From Stegostoma tigrinum (Eukaryota), in NCBI RefSeq assembly GCF_030684315.1, contig NC_081358.1, positions 32,675,979-32,739,978 of the forward strand: a DNA stretch of 64,000 bases, read 5' to 3'. The stretch's first letter is position 1. Every line of letters begins with the position of its first letter. Below, piece after piece: positions 38,009 through 52,086 of the stretch. The translations under genes and the position numbers were made by a program. The notes beneath the pieces were generated by a model. That model saw only the letters and a list, made by a program, of their open reading frames with translations, had not been told where the DNA came from and did not search any database.

Positions 38009-38732
38009 TGTTGTTTGGAACATCAGTACTACTTTGAACTATTGGTCTGGGTCCTTCTCTCGTCTGGAATTGAGAGTGGGCCTTGGTTGAGCCCAAGGAC
38101 ATTGCCATCAGTCAAGGGGCCCAGGCACAGTTAAGTCAAGAGCATTGTCTGATATCAGTCCAGGGTCATGGTATGGTCAGATGGGTGCTTGGGACCATCG
38201 GAATCAGAGGATCAGGGAGTGGACCACAGTCAGCCCTGCAGATCCAGTGCAACCAGTCAGTGGATTAGCGAGCAGTCAGATTGGAAGCTGCACAGAAATC
38301 CGTCAGGTCTCTGGTCAGTCAAATGTTGGGCTCATCCTTCTACGTTGATCAGCAGTGACGGTCAGACTGGGAGCCTGTTCGCTTATAGTTGAGAAGAGTT
38401 ACTGGCGACTGCCATCCAATCTGGTTTAGTTATGCCAGCTATTTAATATATAACTTAGTTTCTAACCAGCAGCAATTTACCTTTGCTTGTGTTGATTCTG
38501 ATTTTAGGAGTGTAGGCAGTTGCCATAGATAACATTTAGAAACTGCATTATATGGTGAAAATTCTTCTGTTTTAAACAATGGGATAACGTGACTTTATTC
38601 TGTCAGTGGCTAATCAGGATTTCAAATTCCTTTTCCTAAAGAAAATGTTCCTGGTCTTGACCAAGATTATTTTTTTCCAAAGTGATGTTTTAAGGAGGAA
38701 ACTTCAAAGGGACATACCAAGACTTTTGTAAC
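38009..38732. mobile_element. Possible solo LTR
   Basis: TGTT...AACA termini; flanks AGAG/ATAG. Confidence 0.35.
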
Positions 38733-39764
38733 AATAGCATGTAAAAGTTAGGAGTGAGGCAGAAGGTGTGGAATTCAGAACGCTATAAAGCACAGATGCT
38801 ACATCAAACTGAAGGGAATTGAAAAATTAGAGAAGAGTGAGGCTGCGGAGAAATTATAAGAGCAACCAGTTAAAGTTGAATATTTCAGGGATGGTGCCAT
38901 AGATTGAAGGGCTGATTGGTGAGTGAAACTAAAGACAGGAAATATTTTGAGAAATGTGGTTTTGGATGCAATAGAGTTTATAAAGAGTGAACCTTGAGAG
39001 GTGAGTGACAATAACGTTGACGAATTACCAGAGCTTCTCCAATCATTCTGTTGATATTAGCACGTATCCATTCACTGGCCCATTCTTTTTGGAGATGTGC
39101 TCGCTGGAGTGTGGCGTCCCACGTCTGAGTCTGTCCAATATTTTTATCCTTTAGTTTAAATGCATGGTTAAATGATAGGCTCATTTCACTAATCTGATTC
39201 TCCCTGTCCCGTCTAAGTGACCCATTGAATTGTTTTTAGGTGTGATTTGACTGACCTCCCATTCATTATCAAATCCAAACAGGCTTGAAGCTAACTCCTC
39301 TAGCAATTTTTGTATTTCCTTTTGAAGCCATGTTGTGCTGTACCCCAACTGGACTATCAATGTGAGCTGGCAGTTTGTTTATACCTTTGACTTCCTGACG
39401 GCAGCAACAATGTTATGAATTTTTTTCCATATTATTTTATAATTACTTTTCAATCTCTTTTATTTGCTAACCGGTGTTCTAGGTGCTTATTTCCTTGAAC
39501 ACTTCCATGATAATCATGCTAACCTTACAATATTACAGATAATTACTATGAATATATCTTGGGAGCAGTATGCAACAGATGACTTTTATTAATGAATTTA
39601 GTTAGTTTGAAAGAGGCCCTGGTTCCATTGTATTTTTAGATCATGAAAATAAACTTTGTTTCAGAATTTCACCTTGGAATTTTTGAAGATAAAACATCCG
39701 ATTTGAATTTAAGAAACAGTCTAGTTCTGAAAATATATACATAAAATACAGGGTGCATCATCAT

Positions 39765-40610
39765 GATTGATTGATTAATTGGTCTTTATTGTCATGTGTA
39801 CCAAAATACAGTGAGAAGCTTTGTTTCCGAGAGTACAGGCAGATCACAGCAAGCAAAGGATGTACAGATCAAGAAGACTTACAAATTACATTGCAGGTTA
39901 CATTATTTGAGGCCAAAGCTCATTCAACAGTCTGATAATGGCCAGAAAGAAGCTGTTCCTGAACCTGCTTGTGCGTGTGTTCAGGCTTCTGTGTCTTCTG
40001 CCTGATGGAAGAGGTTGGAGGAGGTCATTACCGGGGTGAGATGGTCTTTAATGATGTTGGCCATCTTTCTACGGCAGTGAGCCATGTAAATAGAGTCCAT
40101 GGATGGAAGATTGCCTTCCATGATGGTCTGGGCTGTGCACATCACCTTCTGTAGTTTTTTATGATCCTGCGCAGAGCAGTTGTGTACCAGGCTGTTATGT
40201 ACCTAGACAAAATGTTTTCAAAATTGGTGAGGGACCTTATGGACATGCCAAATTTCCTGAGCTGCCTGTCGAAGAAGAGGCATTGCTGAGTCCTCTTGAT
40301 CATTGTATCCTCGTGGGAAGTCCAGGACCGGGTGTCAGATATTATCACTGAGGAACCTGATGCTCTTCACTCTCTCAACCTCAGTTCTGTGATGTAGATG
40401 GGGGTGTGTTCTCCTTTTTTTCTGAAGTTGGTGATCAGTTCTTTAGTTTTGCTGACATTGAGAGACAAATTGTTTTCATTGCACCGTGTCACCAAGCTCT
40501 CTATCTCCCTTCTGTATATTGACTCATTAGCAATCAACATCTGTCCCACTACAGTGATGTCATCAGCAGTGTTGTAGATGGTGTTCATTCGGAATTTGGC
40601 AACAATGGAC
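39765..40610 (-). mobile_element. Rex1/Babar-type LINE RT to 3' end
   Basis: TADDITVVG..NESIYRREIESLVTRCNENNLSLNVSKTKELI; (ATCA)n tail. Confidence 0.85.
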
Positions 40611-40674
40611 ACATTTCATGTATTTGAGTATTTAAAAATGTTTTCTATTTTAAATATGTGCATCCAAAAAATTT

Positions 40675-41965
40675 CAAAGATGTCTGCTCTTTGATCATCA
40701 GTAAATTGATGGAAGGTGTCATCAACAGTGCTATCAAACAGCACCTGCTCAGCAATAACCTGCTCAGTGATGCCCAGTTTGGGTTCCACCAGGGTCACTC
40801 AGCTCCTGACCTCATTACAGCCTTCATTCATACATGGACAAAAGAGCTGAATTCCACAGGTGAGGTCAGAGTAACAGCCCTTGCCACCAAGGCTGTATTC
40901 GACCAAGTGTGGCATCAAGGAGCCCTAGCAAAACTGGAAGCAGTGGGAATCGGGGGAAAACTCCCTGTGATTACAGTCACACCTGACACATAGGAAGATC
41001 ATCATCGTTGTTGGAGGTCAATCATCTCAGTTTAAGGACATCTCGGCAGGAGTTCCTCAGGGTAGTGTCCTCATCAGTGACCTTCCCTCCGTCATAAGGT
41101 CAGAAGTGGGGATGTTCACTAATGATTACACAATATTCAGCACCATTCCAATTCCTCAGACACTGATGCAGTCCATGTTCAAATACAACAAAATCTGTAT
41201 AATATCTAGGCTTGGGCTAACAAGTTGTAAGTGACATTCGTGCCACACAAATCCTACGTAATGACAGTCTCCAGTAAGAGTCAATCTAACCACTGCTCCT
41301 TGACATTCAGTGGCATCACCATTCTTGAAGACCCCACAATCAACATCCAGGGACTTACTATTGAACAGAAATTCAACTGGACTTGCCATATAGGTACAGT
41401 GGACAAACAGGCTAGGAATACTGCAGCAAATAACTCATCTCCTGACTCCCCAAAACCTGCCCACCAACTGTAAGACACAAGTCAGGAGTATGATGGGATA
41501 CTCCCCACTTGTCAGGATGACTGAAGCTCCAACAACACTCAAGATGCTAAACACCATCCAGCGCAAAGCAGCCCACTTGATTGGCACCACATCCACAAGC
41601 ATCCACTCCTTCCAACACTCAGTAGCAGCAGTGTGTATGATCTCCAAAGTGCACTTAAGAAATTCATCAAACATCCTTAGACAGCACCTTCCAAACCAAC
41701 AAACACTTCCATCTAGAAGGACAAAAACAGCAAATACATGGGAACTCTTCCTCCTGAAAATTCTTCTCCAGGCCATTCACCATCCTGACTTAAAAGTATA
41801 TTGCCGTTCCTTCAGTGTCACCGAGTCAAAATCCTGAAATTCCCTCTCCAAGGGTATTATGGGTCAGCCCACAGCATATGGATTGCAACTCACCACCGTC
41901 TCAAGGACAATTAGAGATAGCCTGACCCAGACACAGTCCCCACATCCCAAAAAGGCATAAAGAAG
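40675..41965 (+). mobile_element. Non-LTR LINE RT domain to 3' tail, degraded
   Basis: ISKLMEGVIN..LLSDAQFGF..VFDQVWHQG, then GVPQGSVL; collinear with 2010-2790. Confidence 0.85.
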
Positions 41966-42819
41966 CTAAATTTAAAATGCTCTAATATCCACTGTAGATG
42001 AGCTTGGCCAAATAACCTTCTGCACTGTAACAATTTTATGAAGAGCAATCTTAACATTTTTGTGTAAAACTGCAGCATTTTCATGATTCTTTTGTTTAAA
42101 TATTTTCTTTCAAAAACATCACTGAACTCTTAAGCTGGCTGCTATCAAACTGGAATTTACTGGAACCCTCTGCGACATTCTGCAAATCAAAGCCAGCTAA
42201 TACTCAAATAAAAACCAAATTCTGCTCATCTGAAATATAAGCAGAAAGTGCAGAACAAACTCAATAGGTTTAACAGCATCTGTGGAGAGTGAAACACAGT
42301 TAACATTTCCAATGCATTTGTAACTCTTGTTTGGAGTTGCATAACAATGAGTCCATTAACATCCCCTTATAACACCTGTAGATTTTTGACTGCTCAGTAT
42401 TGTGAAATGCCCTGATCGACTACCACAAACACGATGGGTACAATGGAATTGCTCATTTCTGCTGTCCATTGCTAAAATGCTAAGGATATTTTGATAGGTA
42501 TTCTTTTGACACTGAGTCATCAAACCATAGATAGGCAGATGCCACCCAATGGCCATTTGATGAAGCCAGTGAAAGTGCCATGTTTCTCTGAAATCTTAGT
42601 AGAAACTATCCTGGCATGGGACTGGCACCTGTCTCTTGTTGTGTGTTATTTAAGCACATGGTTTTATCTCATGACTTCAGTTGTTGAGTTGACATCATGA
42701 GAAAGACAACTCCAGGCCTCAGCAGCTTGAAAGGCCTACTCACCAGTCTCACTCAAAAAATCTTCAGACTTTGTCTGCAAAACTGGGCAACAGCACACAA
42801 CTGGTGCACAAGAAATATC

Positions 42820-43210
42820 AGGAACATAGTAATAGGAGTAGGCCATTCAGCCCCTCGAGCTTGTTCTGTCATTCATTGAGATCATGGCTGATCCATGGCC
42901 CAAATCTACATACCTGCCTTTGGTCCATATCCCTTAATGCCTTTCCCTTAACAAACATTTATTAATCTCAGATTTAAAATTAACAACTAATCTTGCATAA
43001 GCTGTTGTTTGCAGCAGAAAGTTTCAAACCTCTACCATACTTTGTGTATAGAAGTGCTTCCTAACATCTCTCCTGAACAGTTTGACCTTCATTCTCAAAC
43101 TATGCCTCTGGTTCTAGATTTCCCAAGCAGTAGAAATAGTTTATCTTAATGTACCCTGTCTTTTCCTGTTTATATTGTGAGGACTTCAATGAGATCAACT
43201 ATTAACCTTC
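42820..43210 (-). mobile_element. CR1-type LINE 3' end
   Basis: GGAGTAGGCCATTCAGCCCCTCGAGC.. antisense CR1 tail. Confidence 0.75.
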
Positions 43211-44439
43211 TGTTTCATCTTTGAATGCAACTGCAGTTCCTGTTCCTTGCCTCCTGTTCCTGGCGTCCTGAATCTGAATGGACCAAACGGCTTAATTCTG
43301 TTTCTATACCTTTTTGGATTTCTGGTTTTAATCAAACAGTACATGGCTGTCTTGCATTCAGGAATGGAAAAGCAGTCATAATTTAAATTTGCCCTCTACC
43401 CATTCCTTTGTTTTGATTTACAGCATCTGCAGTTCTTTCAGTTTTTTTTACAAGTTAGGAGTGTGATAGAATGCTCTCCACTTGCCTGGATGGATGCAGC
43501 TCCAACATCACTGAAGAAGCATCATCTCAACCCCAATTTCTGCTCCTCCGTTAGCTATCTTGTAGTGACAGTGATGTTAGAACTTTTGATTTACAACCTA
43601 ACTCCTGGCTCACCTCCAAACGCTGGCACTTCTTCCATTCTCACCTTTCTTTCGTAGCTGAGATGTGACATAACTATTATGCCCATTGCAAATATGTATG
43701 ATAGTGATCATTTGCTTATTGCTCAAACTAGGTTCTGAATTCTTTTGAAGTCCATAGCTTTCTTTTGTTATATACATGCAGCCCTTTTAATATTCAGAGG
43801 GATAATTTTACCAATGAAACCCTTGCACAGCAGAAGCTTCTTTAGTTTAATGGATAGATGAATGTGACTTTCTGATCATACAAATGATAAACTGCTCCTG
43901 AAAAGAACACTTTCCTGACCTATATCAAGGAGAAACAGTGTAGCTGTTGTAAATCAGCTAGGAAATATTTTGATTAATGATGTAGTATATGGGCAGATTG
44001 AAAATGATATTCAAGGTAACAGTAATTGAGAAATTAAAAAAAGTCTGCAATTATTAACAGCAACTTGTTAACTAAAATTCGCTATAAATCTTTTGCTGCA
44101 GCTTTATTCTGTTGTACTGGCAAGATCACAGACTATTTCCTCCAGCAGGAGCTGCAGCAGTACTGATTGTATTCGAGTGTAAAAAAACAGAAACTAGGAG
44201 CCGTGCTCCATTCGGCCGTTCGAATATGCTCGGCCATTCCGTTTGATCATGGCTGATCACCTATCTTAATGTCATATTCCCAGTTTATACTCTTCGCTGT
44301 CTTTAAAATCAAAAAATTATGGATCTTTTTCGTGAATGCATTCAGTGACTTGGCTTCCACAGCCGCCTTTTGGTACAGACTTCCACTGGTTTATTGCCTT
44401 TTGAGTGAAGGCATTTTTTCTCATCTCAGTCCTGAACGC

Positions 44440-46138
44440 TGTTATGAGGCAGAGGCCAAACCCCTCCTCACCCGCGCCACCCCCCTCCACGCACCCCGCC
44501 CCCCTCACCGCGTGCACCGCCCCCCCCGCGCGCTCACCCCCCGCGCGCGCACACACCCGCCCCCCCCCCGCGCGCGCACACACGCCCGCCCCCCCGCGCG
44601 CACACCCCCCCACCCGCCCCGCGCGCACACACCCCCACCCGCGCGCGCACACACGCTCGCCCCCCCGCGCGCACACCCCCACCCCCGCACGCGCGCGCCC
44701 CCCACCCGCGCGCACACACCCCCCGCCCCCCCGCGCGCACACACCCCCCGCCCCCCCGCGCGCGCACACACCCCCGCCTGCGCGCACACCCCCCGGGCCC
44801 CCGCGCGCGCACCCCCCCCACACGCACAGCACCCCCGCGCGCACACAGCACCCCCGCGCGCACACCCCCCACCCCCGTGCGCACATGCCCCCCCACCCGC
44901 GCGCGCACACCCCCGCCCCCCCACGCGCACACACCCCCGCCCCCCCACGCGCACACACCCCCCCGCCCCCCCGCGCGCACACACCCCCCGCCCCCCCGCG
45001 CGCACACACGCCCCGCGCGCGCACACACCCCCGCGCACCCCCCCGCGCGCACACACACCCCCGCCCCCCCCGCGCGCACCCCCCCCGCGCGCGCACCCCC
45101 CCACACGCACAGCACCCCCGCGCGCACACAGCCCCCCCCGCGCGTGCACACAGCCCCCCGCCCCCCCGCGCGCGCACAGCCCCCCCCGCCCCCGCACAGC
45201 CCCCCCCGCGCGCGCACAGCCCCAATAATTGAAATACAAACACCTGGAGAAGCTCACCTCCCCTCATAATAAGTTAAAGGAAATGTGAAAAATGGCATAA
45301 CCTGCCTCTCATCCCCCAAGCTGTTATAAAGGAGTGGTTAAATGAAATGAACTCCTAACAGTCACTTCATATTTAACGAGTAATTATTTATTTGTCTAGC
45401 TCTAACAGTAAACAAATTAACAGAACTACTAACAAACTAAACCATTCCCCCTTAATTGCTAACTGCTCCGAAATGAAACAAAACTCCAATGGTCCCACAT
45501 ATATAAACCAAAGTAATAAGAAAAATAAATTAAAATTCAATCTCTCAAAATTACAGTCAGGATACATTTTTGAAATGCTCTATGCCTTCTCTGCAGATCC
45601 TTTGTCAGGAATGCCTTTCTCCATCGTACCACGTGTCAGGAATGTTAGCTAAGAGTGCCGCTATACCTTGAGTTTAGATGATGGTTTTCTAAGATCTTAG
45701 GGAATTCTGTGAGAGCCACTGATTCTTTACCTTATAGCTTTGGTCTCTCAGCAGATGATAATTGACTCTCACCCCAATTTTTGAATGTTCTCTTCTTTCA
45801 TAGCCTTGATGACCTATTGACTTCTTACAATGTGATTGGTTCCAGGTCATCAAAAAAATTGGCTTTAAATTTAATTGTGTTTTGGTATGTAGGGCCCAGT
45901 TTAAATTAATAGGCTGAATTCAAAAACCCCTTGTCTTGGTAAAAATGCTTCTATGCCTGCTAACAGAGTAGCCTTTTGATACACTTTCAATTTCAAGAAC
46001 TCTGTGTGCATCTGCTGCTGCTGCAGACATGCTTTTTAATGTACAACTTTAAAAGAACACATCTTCTTTTAAAGGGGCCATGCAGTCTTACCCCTTTAGA
46101 TTTTGTAAACATTAAATACTCTACCCAAATTCATAACA
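44440..46138. mobile_element. Solo LTR (Gypsy-like) containing a large low-complexity expansion
   Basis: Perfect 8-bp terminal inverted repeat TGTTATGA...TCATAACA; flanks ACGC/ACGG. Confidence 0.7.
44470..45223. repeat. Complex C-run/(CG)n/(CA)n low-complexity array
   Basis: About 750 nt of CCCCC-GCGCG-CACAC variants, nearly devoid of T. Confidence 0.95.
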
Positions 46139-47221
46139 ACGGTCTATCCTATATCTGACAACTGTGTGCCCTGGTTCTCGACTCCCCAACCACTGAAACC
46201 ATCCATCCTTGAATCTATTTGATCCAGCCCTGTTAGAATTTTATATGTTTCAATCAGATCCCCTCTCATCGTTTGAAAACCCTAGTGAAGAAAGACCCAA
46301 TCGAGCCAACCTCTCCTCCCCATATCAGCCTCACTGCACTCTCTCCATGGTAATTTTATCCTTTTAGACACAGAGACCAAAACTCCAGATGCAGTCTCAC
46401 TAAGGCCCTGTATAGCTGCAGTAATATATACCTCCTTCTGAACTCAAATCCTCTTGCAATGAAAGCCAATAGACCATTTACCTTCCCAATTGCTTGTTGC
46501 ACCTGCCTGTCTGTTTTCATTGACTGGTGTGCAAGATCACCAATTTCCTTTGTACATTGACACTTCTCTGTATATCACCTTATTAATAACATTGTGCCTT
46601 CTTGATTTTCACATGAGGTGATGTGATCATTGGAAGAAGATCACAGCTCAGAAGAAGGTGTGATGATGACGAGTCTATGATAAATTTTCTGATGTTAATG
46701 AATATGTAGTGTATTGAATGTATTGTTCTTCACATTTTCATCATCTATTGCCTAGCAATAGGCAGTAAATGTTCTGAGCTCTTTCTTTTCGTATGCTTTA
46801 TGACTGCTCTGTCTGCACCTCATGTTGCATCTGTGCAACATTGAATCCAAATCTATCACATAGGAATCTGGAGCAGGAGAATTCAGCCCTTCGAGCCCGC
46901 TCTGCTTTTTAACATAATCCTGGCTGATCTTATCCTGGTCTTAACTCCACTTGCCTGCCTGTTTCCCATAGCTATTTATCTTGCTTTCCATCAGGAACAT
47001 ATCTATTTCTTTCTTGAATCTGTTGTGTGTGTCTGCCTCCACTGCATCTTGGGACAGTGAGTTGTACAGATTCACAACCCTCTGAGAGAAGTAGCTTTCT
47101 CCTCATCTCAGTTTGGAACCTACCTCCTCCCACTCTATATCCATGACCTCATGTTTGAGACTGTCCCACAAAAAAACATCTGTTCAGCGCCCACCCTATC
47201 AATCATTTGACAATACAATAT

Positions 47222-47540
47222 GCAGCTGGAGGAACATTTTCTGAAGAAAGGTCCTGACCCAAAATGTCAAGTTTCCTGCACCTCTGATGTTGCCAGGCCT
47301 GCAGTGTTCCTCCATCTGGTTCACTAATGTCCTTTAGGGAAGGAAACTGCCATCCTTACCTGGTCTGGCCCACACACGACTGTGGACCCACATCAATGTT
47401 GTTGACTCTTCACTGCCCTCTGGGCAATTAGGGATGGGCAATAAATGCTGCCTAGCCAGTGAGTGAAGAAAACACACTGAAGGAAAAGCTCACAATGTGT
47501 TATCTCTGACTCCAGCATCTGCAGTTCTTACTATCTCTAT
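47222..47540 (+). mobile_element. Family A-like PLE terminal repeat with degenerate hammerhead, split by a SINE fragment
   Basis: TTCTGAAGAAAGGTCCTGACCCAAAATGTC.. at 47240-47270; tail CTCCAGCATCTGCAGTTCTTACTATCTCT at 47510-47538. Confidence 0.65.
47317..47465 (+). mobile_element. tRNA-SINE 3' half with LINE-like tail
   Basis: CTGGTTCACTAATGTCCTTTAGGGAAGG..GGGCAATTAGGGATGGGCAATAAATG. Confidence 0.7.
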
Positions 47541-47689
47541 TTGTCATTTTGAAATGGTTCATCCTGCAAACGGGGGCAGAAATTCCTGAACATTTGAAAT
47601 AAAGCCACTGGATAAGGGTATTGTTTTGGAGGTTTTTAGTTCCATCTTTTATTGTCTAGAAGATTTATATTTAATATTAGTAAGTACTG

Positions 47690-48240
47690 ATCAACACCCA
47701 CTTTTGGAATACTGTGTTTAATTCTGGTCTCCCTGCTATAGGAAAAATATTGTTAAACTTTAAAGGGTTCAGAAAATATTTACAAAGATTTTTCCAGGGT
47801 TGGAGGGTTTGAGCTATAGTGAGAGGCTGAACAGACTGGGGCTATTTTCCCCTGGAGCGTCGGAGGGGTGACCTTGTAGAGAGTTATAAAATCATGAGGC
47901 ACATGGATACAATGAATAGCCAAGGTCTTTTCCTTAGGTTAGGGGAGCCCAAAACTAGAGTACATAGGTTTAAAGTGAGGTGTGAAAAATTTAAAAGGGA
48001 CCTAAGGGGCTTTTTCACACAGTTGGTGGTGCATGTATGGAACGAGTTGCTAGAGGAAGTGGTAGAGGCGGGTTTAACTATAACAGTTAAAAGGCATCTG
48101 GATGAGCATATGAATGGGAAAGGCTAGAGGGATATGGGCCAAATGCTGGAAAATGGGACTAAATTAATTTAAGATATCTAGTTGGCATGAGTGAATTGGA
48201 CTTAAGGGTCTGTTTCCATGCTGAACATCTCTATGACACC
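47690..48240 (+). mobile_element. CR1-type LINE 3' fragment
   Basis: GAATACTGTG..TTCTGGTCTCCCTGCTATAGGAA, KTRVHRFKVR, CR1 tail. Confidence 0.85.
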
Positions 48241-51200
48241 ATGAGTCTATAACATTTCTGTTTTTAATGTAATTATGTGTAGCGTGATGAAAGATGAGAG
48301 GTTTATATATGATAATCTCATTTTCTACAACTTTGAATTTCAAATTAGATGCACCTGTATGACTTCTTTTGTGAACGAGCTTCATAAATAAACAGGTCAG
48401 TCTTTTGCGGAACAATGATTTGAAAGCAGTATATGTCAGGGAGCAGATGACTAAAGGCCTCCTGGAGAGTTAATATGAGCTTGTTTATATTGTGGGGTTT
48501 TATGATGTGAAAGAAGAAGCATAGAGTACATCAGCTTACTTTTAGATTGAGTGTAATTAAGGTTTGATTTTTAACCTTAGACAAACTCAGAAACAGGAAA
48601 GCTTTTGGTTCAATTCAAAGGTGACCTGACTGAATTCAAATAGTTTATTCTAGAAAAAAAGAGTTTGTTCAGAGCATTCAAAGGAGTAGGTCAACTCAGC
48701 ATCATGATCTCAGTTGTGTGCATCAGTGAAAAAGGCTTTACCGCTTCCAGGACCGTAACTGGAAAGAAGCAGTTAACTCAGGTATTGATAAGCAAGGAAA
48801 ATTACTTTGTGTTTTTGGTTAACTATAAAGTGATGCTGTTGGGAATTTGTTTGAAATATTTCGAACTGTTATATGTAGGTAGCTTTGTTTATTTAGTTTT
48901 TTTGCATTATAAATTTCTGTTTGCAGTTAAAACCAAATCTACAGCCTTGTAAGTTAATGTTTCAGGGAAAAACTGCCATGTTAAATTATGAAAACATCCA
49001 TCAAGCTAGATTTCATTCTGGGTTTGATTTTGTCCAGTAGTAGCACCAGCTGGGATCATAATGATGGGCAAGATTTCTTTACAGAAGGATTTTCACTGGA
49101 TGTAGATTCTTCCATGCTGACTCATTGCTCCAGCATTTGAATCAGACTTGCACTTGGTTCCTAAAGGAGATGAAGTATAGAGGCATAAATTTGATGCTCA
49201 TCTCAGTTTCATGGGATGGGTAACATAGCTACTGCCCTGAAATCTGCATTTGCATTTTGTAACAACTGAGGGCACGAAGGATGCAAGTCGCCTCTACGGA
49301 AAGTTACCTATTAAACTGTATCGCTTTGCATATGTATAAATTGCAGACTACCATTTGCAAGTTCGTCCATAAAGAATAATTACCCATGAGTCATGAATTG
49401 TTTGGTCATTCTAATCCATTCCAATTTTGGCTGTGCCTAAGTAAGTGTTGCAGAAGATCCTTTGTGTTCAGATTTTTTTTGTGGTGCCAGAGAGTTGTTG
49501 TTGGCTGTGCTGATGAGTGATGCTGCTTCTCTGGGAATGTTGCCATGGTGAGTACTGCTGCCATGGCATTTGTGCTGCTTGCATTTTTTAAAAATCCATT
49601 CTTCCCCTTTAAAACCAACACTTTTAGAGCTTTTTGCCTACACTGGCCGGAACTCTCCAGTTACTGGGAGACCTACGATAAGTGTCAGAAATGATCCTGA
49701 CCAAGGAAAGTGGAGCAGGCTTCGTGTGGAATTGGCATACCTGGGGAAACCTGGAAATCCCACACTGCTGGAAGACCTCCCTGAAGAAAACTAAAAGCAT
49801 TGCCACAGTCGAATTAGTTACAAATTTCTCGGCTGTTAGTCAGATGACCTGTTTGTCCTCACGTAGAATATTGCTAAGTTTCAGCAATGTCCTTTATTCC
49901 GTCTCTGTGTGTTTTTGTAAGTGAGATCCAGTACAGAAAGTATTTGTGTGTGTGAAGCTGGTCGGGCTTCTCATTCACTCCCTTGCTCTTTTAATCGGCA
50001 TTTCTCCAGTGTAAGATAATTAGCACTTACTGCCATGTAAAGTCATTATCAGTTGTAAGTTGACAGGAGGAAGCCTATTTACTGGAGATTCAAATGGGTT
50101 AGCATCATGCAACTTCCTAAATTAATGTGGTGCAAAGCAAATAGAAACAGTCAGATGTGAGTTCTTTTCAAGCAATTAAACAAAGTTTAATTACAACAAT
50201 ATTAAGTGGCTTTCTTCCCCAATGTTTCAGTCAATGTATTGGCAAGAATATAACTCACTCTGGGTGTATCTGAGGGGATGAGTAACGTCTGTTCAGCAGG
50301 CCCATGATCAGTCGGCACGGTTTTAATTGTTCCTCCAGTTAAAGGTAAAGATGGGTTGGCCACACGCTTTTCGCAGTGTCTGACTTTCCTGTCCTTGGAA
50401 GTCAATGGAAATTAAGCCACTTTTTGTCAAGTTAAGCAGGTGGAATTCCCGGCTGAAACCAAGCAGGACCTTTCCCGTTTTTCTGGTCCATCCCGTTAGA
50501 GATCTCACTAAAACCCAGACAGGGGTCAGTGCAGCTTTCCCACACTGGCATTAGGATTGTGCCCATGTTTTCACCATGCTTTCCATGGCATCGGGTTCTA
50601 GGAGAGTAGGGGTCTAGGACCATGTCGTTTCTACTGTTTTCGGGTTCCTATTTCATGCCTGCACCCATCTCACATCCTTCAACAATTTAAACAGGGGCCA
50701 AAATAATTTTCTTTATTTTGATGGGTACTTTTTGATTTTCAGGATCTTCTTTTTTCATTCATTTATTAGGGATGCTGTCACACAGTGAACCAGCTCATCT
50801 TTTATCTATGTGCCTCTCTCCCTACCCTCACCCCCTTTCCCTGGCCCACCCTCACATTATCTCCTTGCCCCACCCTCACACTCACTCCCCGCCCCACATT
50901 CACACCCCCTCCCTCTCCCATCCTCGCACCCTCTCACTTTCCCATCTTTGTGGCCTCCTTCTCTACTCTTCTGAATTTGGCCACCTCGATGTGAGTGTAT
51001 AAGGAGTACAGTAAGGGGCTGAGTAGACAGCTTTGCGGGGCACTGGTGTTGAGGGTTTTCGTCGAGGAGGTGTTGTTGCCCATTCTTACTGGTTGCGGTC
51101 TGTGGGCCAGGAAGCCAAGGATCCAGTTGCAGAGTGTTAAGATGTAGAGAAATTTCTTTACCCAGAAAGTGGTGACCGTGTGGAATTCTCTGCTTTAGAA

Positions 51201-52047
51201 AGCAGTCAACGCCAAAACCTTAACTGTTTTCAAGAAGACAATAGATAAAGTTCTTTAGTGCTAAAGTGATCAATGGGTTTGGGGAACAGGGGATTGAGTT
51301 AGATGATCAGCCATGATCTTATTGATCAAAGGCCCGAATAGCCTCGTCCTGTTTCTATGTGAGGTCTCCAGATCCCTCTGTTCTGGAGCTTTCTACTGTC
51401 TTTCTCATTTAATTAATATTCAGCTCCTCTATTCTTTCTGCCAAATTGCTAAACTCACATTTTGCTACTTTATATTTCATCTGCCAAGTTCTTGCCCAAT
51501 CTCTTAACCTTTCTGTACCTCTTTGCAGTAGCTTTGTGTCATCCTCAGCAAATTCCCTCCCACAATTGTTGTATCATCCATAAGCTTAGCTACATACGTT
51601 CACTTCCCTCGTTCAGTTTTTTAAAAAACCCAGCAATTCAGGCAGCATGATCCTTCTTAGAATCCTCACAAAACCACTGAGACATAGTATGAAAGAAACG
51701 TGAAACTGAAGAGGGTGTTAAGTTAAGTCACATGGGGGTGGAACTGAGGAAGAATCCAGACATAGTGCCAAAATAGACACATGGAGAATTCTGCCGATTG
51801 ATGTGATGCATGTAATCGTGTCACTAGGGAAATAAGATGAAGCAAAAGGCCCAAGCTGTTCTTCCCGTCTGCAGTTATATCTCATCTGCCCTCTTACCCA
51901 CTGCACCCCCACCTCCACTCCACTCCACTCCACTCTCTCGTAATTTCTCCTTCCCACCCTCTCTCCAAGTTACCCGCCATGAACTGTGTCCAATCACAAA
52001 CCATCTCTGCTGCCTTATGCATGGGGCATTTTGCTTTCTTTTTGCTT

Positions 52048-52053
<6 letters not shown>

Positions 52054-52083
<30 letters not shown>
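52054..52083. repeat. (TC)n microsatellite
   Basis: About 15 TC units. Confidence 0.95.

Positions 52084-52086
<3 letters not shown>

Larger units (their letters stand above)
44185..46620 (-). mobile_element. CR1-type LINE 3' fragment split by a solo LTR
   Basis: Antisense CR1 tail 44185-44439 resumes at 46139. Confidence 0.7.

Noticed and set aside
44269-45269. Overlapping long ORFs (up to 319 aa) on both strands
   Set aside because: They arise because the low-complexity array lacks T and therefore stop codons; the products are Pro/Arg/Ala/His or Gly/Ala/Arg/Cys repeats.
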